From the IMG/VR virus record IMGVR_UViG_3300028048_000042: 64,000 bases of DNA. One strand, given 5' to 3'. Made by a program: the position numbers and the translations under genes. The notes beneath the pieces were generated by a model. It had not been told where the DNA came from, did no database searches, and saw only the letters and a list, made by a program, of their open reading frames with translations. This DNA is from a virus. Taxonomy: Duplodnaviria; Caudoviricetes. Of the stretch, positions 19,230 to 28,295 are shown piece by piece. Within the stretch, counting starts at the first letter, position 1; the number at the start of each line of letters is the position of its first letter.

Positions 19230-19415
19230 ATGGAAACTGCAATAGCTTTACTTTTAGTTTTTGCTGTTTTTGTAACAGCAGTAAACTTTTTGGTTGAAGT
19301 GGTTATGCCGATTGCAATTTTTGTTTTTCTCTTTTATGCAATTGGTGGAGTTGATTATATTCGAGAATTGATTAAATATTGCAAAGCAAGGTGGGGTTAT
19401 AAATGGAAAGATTAA
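19230..19415 (+). CDS. Small membrane protein
   Basis: Long hydrophobic stretch IALLLVFAVFVTAVNFLVEVVMPIAIFVFLFYAIGG; start moved to ATG 19230. Confidence 0.6.
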   Translation: METAIALLLVFAVFVTAVNFLVEVVMPIAIFVFLFYAIGGVDYIRELIKYCKARWGYKWKD

Positions 19416-20569
19416 AAAAAGTATTGGCAGAGGAAGAAACAGAAAACGAAGAGCAAGAAATTGTTTGTGAAGATTTGAATGATATTAAACAGTATGTTGA
19501 AGATATTGATGGCTACGCATGTTCACCATATGTATTTACAGAATCAGGAATGGAAGAATACCTTGAATCTTTATTTCCTATTGATGTATCTGAAATATAT
19601 GATGATGGTGCGGAAACTTTTATTGAAAAATTAGAAGAATATACTTTTGAAGATTATTGTAATGATATTGATACCGAATCATTGAAAAGTGAATATGAAG
19701 ATAATTGGGACAGTTATGTTGCTGATGATGATTTGAATTATGATGTGTATTCGTTTGATTGGGACAATATCACAAGTGATTTGTGGGAACTTGCTTCAGA
19801 AAATGACGAGTTGGAAGATTTGTATGATTCTGTTGTTGAAAATTATATAGCAAAAGTTCCAAACACCGATTCTTCTGAACGTGTTGATGATGACGAGGAT
19901 AATTATGAGGTAAAATCTCTTGATGAAGTTGCTGAATCTGATGATAAAGTTGGTGATGTTTTCTCTTTGGAAGATTCAATTGATTATGATACAAGAGATA
20001 ATGCGTTCATTTATATTGATGGAGAGATTGTTGAAAGTAATAACGGAGAAACACATTCGCAATTATTACAGAGATATTTAGAAGAGAATGATAAAAATGT
20101 TCCTCAAGATTTGCGTGACCGTGACCAATATCGCGCTTCACGACCAAGTGTTAAGCAGACAAAAAAAATGACAAATGCAGATGATGTAGCATTTGGTCAT
20201 ATTGTTGATGATTGTGCTTTTATTGAGGTTATTTCAGGCGGTGCTACGATTGATGATGTCGCAAATGCTTGTAAAAAAGACTATTCAAAAGTATATCAAT
20301 ATGACGGAGATAATATCAAACGTGTAGCTAGTAGTAAGAAAATGGAAGATGTAATTCGTGGATTTGGTTTTCGTCCATTTGTTGTAGAAAATTTAGGTAC
20401 AGCATTAATGGGTAAGTACAGCATGATTACTATGGAAAATGGCTATCCACGTATTGATGTGGCTTTAAATGCTGACGTTGAAAATATTGACCAAGAAGAA
20501 TTTGATGATGAATTTGCAAAAGCTCTTATGCTTTGTAAGACATTGGGTAAATTGAAGTTGTATAAATGA
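19403..20569 (+). CDS. Acidic multi-module protein with MERLKKVLA tag, RD...TH...FGH domain and internal KRVAS site
   Basis: Motifs read from translation. Confidence 0.75.
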   Translation: MERLKKVLAEEETENEEQEIVCEDLNDIKQYVEDIDGYACSPYVFTESGMEEYLESLFPIDVSEIYDDGAETFIEKLEEYTFEDYCNDIDTESLKSEYEDNWDSYVADDDLNYDVYSFDWDNITSDLWELASENDELEDLYDSVVENYIAKVPNTDSSERVDDDEDNYEVKSLDEVAESDDKVGDVFSLEDSIDYDTRDNAFIYIDGEIVESNNGETHSQLLQRYLEENDKNVPQDLRDRDQYRASRPSVKQTKKMTNADDVAFGHIVDDCAFIEVISGGATIDDVANACKKDYSKVYQYDGDNIKRVASSKKMEDVIRGFGFRPFVVENLGTALMGKYSMITMENGYPRIDVALNADVENIDQEEFDDEFAKALMLCKTLGKLKLYK

Positions 20570-20648
20570 ACAAGGGAGCTAGGTACAAAAAGTGCCTAGC
20601 TTTGCTATAATATATAATAAAAGAAAATTTGAAATGAAGTGATATAAG

Positions 20649-21821
20649 ATGAAAAGACTTGCTAGTACAGAATTGACAGTTGTACACAGTCGTGAAGATA
20701 TTCCATCAACGGAAATGAAAAGTCTTTTTCTTGCAGGCCCTACTCCAAGAAAAAAGCATAATCTTGAATGGCGTTCGGAAGCAATTAAAATTCTTAAAGA
20801 ACTAGGCTATAATGGTATTGTATATACACCAACTGAACGTAAAGGTGAATTTGACCGTAATGTTCTGAAAGAGCAGTGTGCATGGGAATACAAGACAATG
20901 ATGGCTTGTGATGCTATTGTTTTTTGGATTCCTCGACAAAAACGACAAGATTTTGAAATGATTGCATTAACTACTAATGTGGAATTTGGTCGTTTCTTTG
21001 AGTCAAATAAAATGTTCTGTGGTGCTCCTAATGACGCAAAATCAATCGAATATTTGAAAATTATTTCTGAAAATAGATATGAATGGACAAATACTTTGCG
21101 AGATACACTTAAACGAGCTGTAGATTATCTTGGTGAAGGTGTATATCGTGAGGGAGCAGAGTGTTTAGTTCCTAAACATATTTTTGAATCTGCTCAATTT
21201 CAAAATTGGTATAAATCTCATAAGCAGAATGGAAATCAATTAACTGATTTTAAGACTTTGTTTGAATTCATTGCTCCTTATTCAAAGAAAATGTTTATGA
21301 CGATTTTTAAACCTGATGTGTTCATTGAAAAAGAAAATCGCACAAAAAATAATGAATTTGTAGTTGCAAGAACAGATGTATCATATATCTGTGCTTACCA
21401 TAAGACCAAAAAGGAAACTAAAATTCTTTTATGTGAAGAATTTAGAAGTCCTGTTGTAAATGATGATTCAATGGTTTATGAACTTGTGGGCGGTAGTAGT
21501 GATAATCCAAATGACGATGAATTGCAAGTTGCCGCAAATGAGTTTGAAGAAGAAACAGGCGTGAAATTAAAAAAGAGCAGATTCAAGAAGGTTGATATTA
21601 AACAGTCTGCAGCAACGCTTTGCTCTCATAGGATTACACTTTACTCTGTTGAATTAACGGATGAAGAAATTAAACATTTTGAGGAAGATAAAGATATTCA
21701 CGGAGTGACGGAAGCAACAGAACAGATTCATCTTCATGTCATGACTTTGGAAGATGCATTAAAGAAAGTAGATTGGACAAACGCAGGTATGATTTTTGCC
21801 GCAATGAAAGGAAAAGAATGA
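20649..21821 (+). CDS. Nucleoside 2-deoxyribosyltransferase-like (TIR-like fold) + Nudix hydrolase fusion with MKRLA tag
   Basis: N-term SLFLAGPT...WR...QCAWEY...CDAIVFW...TTNVEFG; C-term Nudix box ELVGGSSD...AANEFEEETG preceded by EEFRSPV (ADP-ribose pyrophosphatase-like). Confidence 0.85.
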   Translation: MKRLASTELTVVHSREDIPSTEMKSLFLAGPTPRKKHNLEWRSEAIKILKELGYNGIVYTPTERKGEFDRNVLKEQCAWEYKTMMACDAIVFWIPRQKRQDFEMIALTTNVEFGRFFESNKMFCGAPNDAKSIEYLKIISENRYEWTNTLRDTLKRAVDYLGEGVYREGAECLVPKHIFESAQFQNWYKSHKQNGNQLTDFKTLFEFIAPYSKKMFMTIFKPDVFIEKENRTKNNEFVVARTDVSYICAYHKTKKETKILLCEEFRSPVVNDDSMVYELVGGSSDNPNDDELQVAANEFEEETGVKLKKSRFKKVDIKQSAATLCSHRITLYSVELTDEEIKHFEEDKDIHGVTEATEQIHLHVMTLEDALKKVDWTNAGMIFAAMKGKE

Positions 21822-22921
21822 GTAATTATTTAAGAAAAGACATTTCTACAATTTTTGTTATGTTGGGTCATGAATGTAATTTACAATGTAAATATTGTTT
21901 GCAACATGACGTAGTAAATATTGCTTTGGATAAGCAGGTTAATCCTGATATTTATAATTTTATTTGTGAAACAGCTCGTAATCAGTCAACGCCGTTAGGA
22001 ATTCAGTTCTATGGTGGTGAACCATTAGTATTTTGGAATAAAATTGTGGAAATTGTAACAGAATTGGAAAGTAGAAATACAGGTAATAATATTTATTTCT
22101 CTATGATTACAAACGGTAAGTTGTTTGATGAAGAAAAGGTAAATTTTGTTAATGAACACAATATTGGTGTTTGCATTAGTTGGGATGGTAGAAATTCTAA
22201 CATTACACGAGGATATAATGTGTTTGAAACAAATAAAGAAAACATTTTTAAGATTAAAAACTTTTCCATATCAGGTGTAATGTCTTCTTATAATTATATT
22301 GGTGATTATTTGGAAGATGCAATTAATTTGAATCTTGATTACGTTAAAAATTATAATGGGCATACCATTCATGTAAACGTAGATGATTTGCTTGATATTA
22401 ATCTTCCAAATCCTGATTTAAAAGACTTTGATTATAATAAAGCATATGAACAAATGGAAGCATTATGCGATGAATATTATAATTATGTAAAGAATGGCGA
22501 ACGGTTAGAAGTAATTAAGGTTGAATATTTTGAAAGAAAAATCAATCAAATTCGAGGTGCAATTACTAGCAAACATTATCAACCATTGAGAGATAGATGT
22601 GGTAATGGTTGTGAAGTTATCAATATGGATTTGAATGGCAATCTGTACAAATGTCATAATACAGATGCTAAAGTCGGTACAATTTATGACAATGGATTTG
22701 ATGTTTTAAAACGAGTTTTTGATTTGGATATGGTAAATCATACAGCAGAAAAGTGCAATGAATGTCCTGTACAAATTATGTGTATGAATGGTTGTCCATT
22801 AGTAAAAGAAGCACCAAGGGAAGAGTTCTACTGCGCCATGATTAATATTATGAATTATCCTATAATGAAATTGGTTACTAGGTTGGGTGACGGAGTTGAA
22901 CGGAAAGATAACGAAAACTAA
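21818..22921 (+). CDS. Radical SAM/SPASM protein (putative peptide/protein maturase)
   Basis: CNLQCKYC, FYGGEPL, TNG, SWDG; SPASM CGNG...GNLYKCH...CNECPVQIMCMNGC...C; start at ATGA overlap 21818. Confidence 0.95.
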   Translation: MSNYLRKDISTIFVMLGHECNLQCKYCLQHDVVNIALDKQVNPDIYNFICETARNQSTPLGIQFYGGEPLVFWNKIVEIVTELESRNTGNNIYFSMITNGKLFDEEKVNFVNEHNIGVCISWDGRNSNITRGYNVFETNKENIFKIKNFSISGVMSSYNYIGDYLEDAINLNLDYVKNYNGHTIHVNVDDLLDINLPNPDLKDFDYNKAYEQMEALCDEYYNYVKNGERLEVIKVEYFERKINQIRGAITSKHYQPLRDRCGNGCEVINMDLNGNLYKCHNTDAKVGTIYDNGFDVLKRVFDLDMVNHTAEKCNECPVQIMCMNGCPLVKEAPREEFYCAMINIMNYPIMKLVTRLGDGVERKDNEN

Positions 22922-23420
22922 ATTCTCAGCATTTGACATTGAAAATATAACAAAAAAACAATTGTTGAATGAATTGGATAGTGCTTTAACAAAACTAGAA
23001 GGTTATGCAACAAAAGTCAACAATTGTGATTGTGCACAAATTTATTCTTGTCAAGAAATGAGATGCCAAATTAAAGGCAAGGGTACAGGAAATTGTAATT
23101 GGCATCCATGTCAATCAGCAAAAAATTGTATTGATATTGTTGGATGTCAAAAAATGAGTTGTCAGTATTTTACTTGTCAAAAAATAATTTGTCAGCAAGG
23201 TACAAGTTGTCAAACATGTCAGGCTTGTGAAAAATGCCAAGTGTGTGAAACTTGTGAAAGTCAATGCTTATGCCAAACATGTCAAGTATGTCAAAAACAA
23301 ACCTATGATGTTTATTCTTGTCAGCAGGTTAAGTGTCAGTCGTGTCAGACTTGCCAAGTGTTGTTATGTGAGAATGTTTCTTGCCAAGCTAGAAAATCTG
23401 ATGGTAGAGACTTAGAGTAA
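22887..23420 (+). CDS. Cys/Gln-rich repeat protein, candidate substrate of adjacent radical SAM
   Basis: 27 Cys by my count, 22 followed by Q/E, CQxCQxC runs; Cys-free ~45 aa N-terminal leader; overlaps radical SAM gene end. Confidence 0.8.
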   Translation: MTELNGKITKTKFSAFDIENITKKQLLNELDSALTKLEGYATKVNNCDCAQIYSCQEMRCQIKGKGTGNCNWHPCQSAKNCIDIVGCQKMSCQYFTCQKIICQQGTSCQTCQACEKCQVCETCESQCLCQTCQVCQKQTYDVYSCQQVKCQSCQTCQVLLCENVSCQARKSDGRDLE

Positions 23421-23487
23421 CAACGTCAAGATAAAAATCCTCATTTTTCTTATGACATTTTTGTAGTAGAATAAATGAGGTGATATT

Positions 23488-23805
23488 ATGGAAAAGTTTA
23501 AGAATGGTTTTTTTCATAATATAATGTCTGTAGACGAAACAAGAGTGTCAGTGCTAATGATAAGTCTTATTGGCGCATTGGTATTTGGCGGTTATATGTA
23601 CCTTTTAACAGGTGCTCTTAGTGTAGTTTGGGCAGATATTATTACTACTTTGATTTTGGCAGTTGCAGGTATTAATGCAGTAAACTCCATTACAACTAGC
23701 GGTATTTTTAGAAAAAATACTAATGAAATGGTAGAAATTGGGACAAGAGTTCCACAAGAAATTAAAAATACCACATCTGCTCAGAGTCAGCAATTAAAAA
23801 AATAA
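23488..23805 (+). CDS. Two-TM membrane protein, holin-like
   Basis: Two hydrophobic helices, polar C-terminus, RBS GAGGTGA. Confidence 0.5.
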   Translation: MEKFKNGFFHNIMSVDETRVSVLMISLIGALVFGGYMYLLTGALSVVWADIITTLILAVAGINAVNSITTSGIFRKNTNEMVEIGTRVPQEIKNTTSAQSQQLKK

Positions 23806-23811
23806 TTGATT

Positions 23812-23844
23812 GACAAAATGGGAGAATACTATCTCCCATTTTGT
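23812..23844 (+). terminator. Intrinsic terminator
   Basis: GACAAAATGGGAGA-atacta-TCTCCCATTTTGTT. Confidence 0.75.
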
Positions 23845-23870
23845 TATAATTGAAAGGATTTGCTTTAGAA

Positions 23871-24653
23871 ATGAATCATAATTGTCCCTATCTTGAAATG
23901 CAGTGTCAGAATTTAAAATGTGATTGTCCAAAATATAAAGCATATATTGATGCTAAAAATCCTGAAATTTTTCGTAGGGTAATGGAAGAAAATAAATTTG
24001 ACGTAACGTTACCTGCTTTTGATTTGCTTATGAAAATGCAATATTCGTTTGCAAGTAGAGTAAGAAAAGTGGATAATTTATCTAAAGAAGAAAAAGATAA
24101 ATGGATTGACCGTTATTTGGTTTGCATTGAAGATGAAATTCGTGAAGTCCGAGAACACCTTAATTTGTATGGTGAGGAAAACACAAAAAAAGAAGACCAA
24201 AATCTCGAATTGAAAAAAGAAGTTATTGATATTCTTCATTTTATGATGGAATTGTTTTTGGTCGGTGGTGCAAATCAAGATACAATTAAAAATTATTATT
24301 CTGCAATGTATGGTTCTGAATTAAATGGAGATTTGATTGATGTTGCTTACGCAGAACAGAAAAATTTCATTGATGAATATCTTGATTGCGAATATGATAA
24401 ATATGATATTGCCGTTTTAAAAGCAAGCTGTAGATTGTCAGATTCTTGTGCTTTGGTAAGACAGCAAATCTCTTGGAAACATTGGAAAAAACCAAATGCC
24501 CAAATTGATTATGAAAAGTTATATAGTGCTTTTGCTAAATTATTCCATGAGTTTATAAATTTGTGTATTCTTACAATGGAAGTAAATGAAGTAAAAGATA
24601 TTTATATTAATAAAAATGTAGAAAATATCCTTAGACAGGAATATGGATATTAA
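23871..24653 (+). CDS. Dimeric (all-alpha, dUTPase_2/MazG-like) dUTP/dNTP pyrophosphatase
   Basis: EDEIREVREHL, KEVIDILHF, SWKHWK and terminal Y..KN.EN..RQ..GY motifs; start probably ATG 23871. Confidence 0.85.
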   Translation: MNHNCPYLEMQCQNLKCDCPKYKAYIDAKNPEIFRRVMEENKFDVTLPAFDLLMKMQYSFASRVRKVDNLSKEEKDKWIDRYLVCIEDEIREVREHLNLYGEENTKKEDQNLELKKEVIDILHFMMELFLVGGANQDTIKNYYSAMYGSELNGDLIDVAYAEQKNFIDEYLDCEYDKYDIAVLKASCRLSDSCALVRQQISWKHWKKPNAQIDYEKLYSAFAKLFHEFINLCILTMEVNEVKDIYINKNVENILRQEYGY

Positions 24654-24687
24654 AAAAAAGACAGGCTCATTAAAAGCCTGTCTTTTC
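24654..24687. terminator. Bidirectional intrinsic terminator
   Basis: AAAAGACAGGCT-cattaaa-AGCCTGTCTTTT. Confidence 0.8.
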
Positions 24688-24921
24688 TAATTCTTTTGTT
24701 GCCATTGAAATAAGTCTTCGACCAATGCAATTCATATAGATTTGACCTTTGTTATCATACATAGAATATGGTGAATATTGATGATGTTCGTAAATGTCAG
24801 AATCTTTAGAAGTTTGTGTGTTTTGTTTGTCATCTTTTTTCTTTTTGTTAAACTGCGTTTCTTGGTCATTGTATTGTGTGAACGCAGGATTTACAGGTGA
24901 AATCTTTTCCATTTTTATCAC
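24670..24921 (-). CDS. Small hypothetical protein
   Basis: Fills gap between terminator and divergent promoter; RBS AGGAAGTGA. Confidence 0.6.
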   Translation of the reverse strand: MIKMEKISPVNPAFTQYNDQETQFNKKKKDDKQNTQTSKDSDIYEHHQYSPYSMYDNKGQIYMNCIGRRLISMATKELEKTGF

Positions 24922-24966
24922 TTCCTACATATATAATAGTGAAAAAAACAATATTTTAAAACTTTG

Positions 24967-24995
24967 TTGACAAATAAGATAGATTTTGCTATGAT
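24967..24995 (+). promoter_or_regulatory. Sigma-A/sigma70-type promoter for helicase
   Basis: TTGACA-17 bp-TATGAT with extended -10 TG. Confidence 0.85.
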
Positions 24996-25027
24996 ATATG
25001 TACGAGATAAAAAAGGAGGTCTATAAG

Positions 25028-26743
25028 ATGTTTAAAAAACACTTTCCGTATAAAAATATACGTCCCACACAAGAGGATATATTGGAAAGCTTGGATAAGA
25101 TTTACAATTCACCAAAGAAATATCGTTATATTGTAATTGAAGCAGGTACAGGTATTGGTAAAAGTGCTCTTGCTAAGAGTATTTCAAATAAAGAGGGTTC
25201 AGCATATCTTCTGACAGCCACAAAACAGTTACAAGACCAATACGTTGATGACTTTGGTATGATGGGTGCTAGTGCTGTAAAAGGTGCTGACAACTATCGC
25301 TGTGGTGTTACAGAGAACATGACCTGTGGACATGGTGAGTGTGTATATGATGGAAGTCTTCGCAGAGATTGTTACTCTAAGAAAATTTGTCCTTACAAGG
25401 TTGCTAAAGAAAAAGCTGAAGCAAGCGAACTGTATGTGACTTCCTATGCTTATTTTATGAAAGCAAGTCGGCAACAGCGAATTGATGAAGAAGGTATTGC
25501 ACACAAGTTGATGAAAAAGCGTAATGCTATGATTGTTGACGAATGTCATATGCTCGAAGATATGCTGATTAATTTCGCAGGGTTTACAATTGTGCCTAGC
25601 GACCTAATTAAAAAGTATGATTTGGCAAATCTTCTTGATTTCAGAGAACTTGTTCTTTTTAAGAAACTTCCTAATCAAGATAATCAATCTGAATTTGATA
25701 AATGGGTAACTTTTATTAAAGGTAAACTTGAACAAAAAGTTGCCATTATGGAACAACAAATTCATAATTTTAAATTTGGAGATAGAAGTAATTTATCGGC
25801 AGATGAATTGACTGATATGAGCGATTTTGATATAACGAAAGAGTTACGTAAGGAAAATGTACTCACTTCGTTAATTGAAAAAATTAGTGCATATCTCCGT
25901 ATGACTGAAGAACAACGACAAGATTGGGTTCTTGATGTGAAGAAAGACTCTATTAGTGCAAAGCCAATTGATGTAGATAACTTATTTCAGAAATACATTA
26001 ATGATTTCGCTAACAACGTAGTAGTTTTTATGTCGGCAACTATTCTCGATAAAGAAACGTTCTGTAAAGACATGGGGCTTGACAAAAACAATACGGCATT
26101 TATTATGCGTGATGGAGTGTTTGAGCCTGACAAATCACCAATTGTATATATTCCTGTGGGTTCTATGAGTTATGCTAAACAGGCAGATACAATGCCAAAA
26201 ATGATTAAAGAAATCAAAGCATTGTTGGCACAGCATCCAAATGAAAAAGGAATTATTCATACTTCTACTTATGCCATTGCACAGAAGATTGTGGAAGAAA
26301 TTGATTCTGATAGGTTGTTGTACAAAAGTGATTTGAGTTCTAATGAAGTTCTGCTGAAAGAACATGAATTGAGTGAAAAACCGACAGTTTTGGTTTCTCC
26401 GTCTTTGATGGCAGGCGTAGACCTTCATGATGACCTTAGTCGTTTTCAAATTGTTGTTAAAATGCCGTATGTATCTTTGTCTGACGAACGAGTTAAGAAA
26501 AAGATGAAGAAGAACAATCGGTGGTATACTTGCAAAATGTTGAGAAACCTTGTGCAGGAATGCGGTAGAAGTACGCGAAATGAGAATGATTGGGCTGTTA
26601 CGTATATTCTTGATGAAACATTTACCAATGTCTTGAAGTACAACAAAAAATATTTACCACCATCCTTCTTAAAACGTGTAAGGGATATTGGTAATTTTGA
26701 CTTAGATTCATATTATGCAAAATATAAGGAGCAATCGAAATAA
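25028..26743 (+). CDS. DinG/Rad3/XPD-family SF2 helicase
   Basis: Q motif FPY..IRPTQ, Walker A EAGTGIGKS, Cys cluster, DECH, MSAT, GVD, Q.CGR..R...D; RBS AAGGAGG, start ATG 25028. Confidence 0.95.
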   Translation: MFKKHFPYKNIRPTQEDILESLDKIYNSPKKYRYIVIEAGTGIGKSALAKSISNKEGSAYLLTATKQLQDQYVDDFGMMGASAVKGADNYRCGVTENMTCGHGECVYDGSLRRDCYSKKICPYKVAKEKAEASELYVTSYAYFMKASRQQRIDEEGIAHKLMKKRNAMIVDECHMLEDMLINFAGFTIVPSDLIKKYDLANLLDFRELVLFKKLPNQDNQSEFDKWVTFIKGKLEQKVAIMEQQIHNFKFGDRSNLSADELTDMSDFDITKELRKENVLTSLIEKISAYLRMTEEQRQDWVLDVKKDSISAKPIDVDNLFQKYINDFANNVVVFMSATILDKETFCKDMGLDKNNTAFIMRDGVFEPDKSPIVYIPVGSMSYAKQADTMPKMIKEIKALLAQHPNEKGIIHTSTYAIAQKIVEEIDSDRLLYKSDLSSNEVLLKEHELSEKPTVLVSPSLMAGVDLHDDLSRFQIVVKMPYVSLSDERVKKKMKKNNRWYTCKMLRNLVQECGRSTRNENDWAVTYILDETFTNVLKYNKKYLPPSFLKRVRDIGNFDLDSYYAKYKEQSK

Positions 26744-26994
26744 TGTATATTTGTTCTATCACAGAGTATAAACAGGATGAAAAAAGTTGTGTTTATCGGT
26801 TGGAAATGTTGGAGTTGGGAGATAATGGGTTTAATCATAACCATGAATTGAAATTTGATTTTTATATCTCAGACAATAACAAATTGGATTGGGAAAAAGA
26901 ACAAGTACGGCATTACTTCGAATATGATAAAGAAAAACCGAATATTGTTTGTAATAATATGGATGTACTGAAAATTCTTTATCAAAATGAATGA
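26743..26994 (+). CDS. Small hypothetical protein
   Basis: TAATG overlap, RBS AAGGAG. Confidence 0.65.
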   Translation: MYICSITEYKQDEKSCVYRLEMLELGDNGFNHNHELKFDFYISDNNKLDWEKEQVRHYFEYDKEKPNIVCNNMDVLKILYQNE

Positions 26995-26997
26995 TGA

Positions 26998-27035
26998 AAA
27001 AATAAGCACTTTTTGAAAAAGTGCTTATTTTTTTT
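26998..27035 (+). terminator. Intrinsic terminator
   Basis: AAAAATAAGCACTTT-ttgaa-AAAGTGCTTATTTTT. Confidence 0.85.
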
Positions 27036-27099
27036 ATGTAAAATTTTATATTGTTTGTAGATTAAAAAATAACAAATAATGAAAAGAGGATAAATATAA

Positions 27100-28254
27100 A
27101 TGAGAAATATTATTTTGGCTCGTTTGCGCAGAGCTTTAGCAAAAATGGATATTACTACAAAATGTCCTGCCACTCCATTTAAGGTTGGCGACCCTATTGG
27201 TGATACCGAAGTTGTTAACGCAAGTGCTTTGAAATCGGCAGGAGCACTTAGTAAAAATCTTATTGATTTTGAGGATAAGGCAGATAACAGCAAACTTTAT
27301 ACAAAACAATATATTGATACAACAGGAGAAATTACCGCAGTTGAATTGGCAAAAGTTCTTGGTGATAAAGGCCCTTGGATTGGTCAAGAACAAGATAAAT
27401 TGTATAAAAAGCTGATTGATTACATTGGTGGCAATGAATTTACTGCAAAAGTAAAGGGTAAAGAATATGAATTTAAAACTTCTACAGACCAAAAAATTTA
27501 TACAAAAAGTACAAATGCACATGACGAAAACGCATTCTTTATCAAAGTAGTTCGTGCTGATGATGAATCATTGAAATACAATTGTTTCTTTAGTTTCACA
27601 GCAAAAATTTATTATCTTGGTGTAGCAGATGCCAAAACAAAAACTTGGACAAATGAAGTTTATCCTATGGTTGATTTGGAAGGTGTTAACTTCAATGGCT
27701 ATAAAGTTGTAGGTAAAAATCAGGTTGTAAAAAAAGAACAAATGGATTCTGCTAATACAGTTGGAGAACTTGCAAAACATTTTACTGAACGAGATGCAGA
27801 AGAACTTTCCACAAAGAATTATAGCAAACTTTGTCAGAAACTAAAGAAGGGTAATCCTGTAGCAAATATTCGTAACTATTTTAAAGATTTTCTTGGATAT
27901 AAGAGTGGTAAAGATATTCCTGATGAAGCATTTGTGAAAATGATGGAAGATGCAGAACCTGCTAAGAAAGCGGTGCGTCAGGCAATGGTAGAATATGCTA
28001 AATCTGTAAGCAATCGTGCAAGAGAGAATGCAGAAGCACCACTCACAGAAGAGGATGAAAAGGCTCTTGGTGTTCTTGGGGCATTCGCAAGGTCTAATAC
28101 AGATGTTGGCGTTAATGAAGATTTTAAAGTTGGTACAACCTCACCATCAGGTAATGATTTGATGAAGCTGTATGCTAGTGGAAGTGCTGTTGGCGATGTG
28201 ATTCCATTCTCAGTAGATGATATTGTATCAATTCTTAAAACAGCAACAAAATAA
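27100..28254 (+). CDS. Hypothetical protein with basic-hydrophobic N-terminal tag (RLRRALA); candidate virion cargo
   Basis: Single-gene unit with TAT-N8-TAGA motif, RBS AGAGGA and terminator. Confidence 0.75.
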   Translation: MRNIILARLRRALAKMDITTKCPATPFKVGDPIGDTEVVNASALKSAGALSKNLIDFEDKADNSKLYTKQYIDTTGEITAVELAKVLGDKGPWIGQEQDKLYKKLIDYIGGNEFTAKVKGKEYEFKTSTDQKIYTKSTNAHDENAFFIKVVRADDESLKYNCFFSFTAKIYYLGVADAKTKTWTNEVYPMVDLEGVNFNGYKVVGKNQVVKKEQMDSANTVGELAKHFTERDAEELSTKNYSKLCQKLKKGNPVANIRNYFKDFLGYKSGKDIPDEAFVKMMEDAEPAKKAVRQAMVEYAKSVSNRARENAEAPLTEEDEKALGVLGAFARSNTDVGVNEDFKVGTTSPSGNDLMKLYASGSAVGDVIPFSVDDIVSILKTATK

Positions 28255-28260
28255 AATAAT

Positions 28261-28291
28261 AAAAAAGAGAGGTATTTACCTCTCTTTTTTT
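28261..28291. terminator. Bidirectional intrinsic terminator
   Basis: AAAAAAGAGAGGTA-tt-TACCTCTCTTTTTT. Confidence 0.85.
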
Positions 28292-28295
28292 ATTG

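Noticed and set aside
23810-23850. TTGACA...TATAAT pair upstream of dUTPase
   Set aside because: Spacing is 29 bp and the interval is a terminator hairpin
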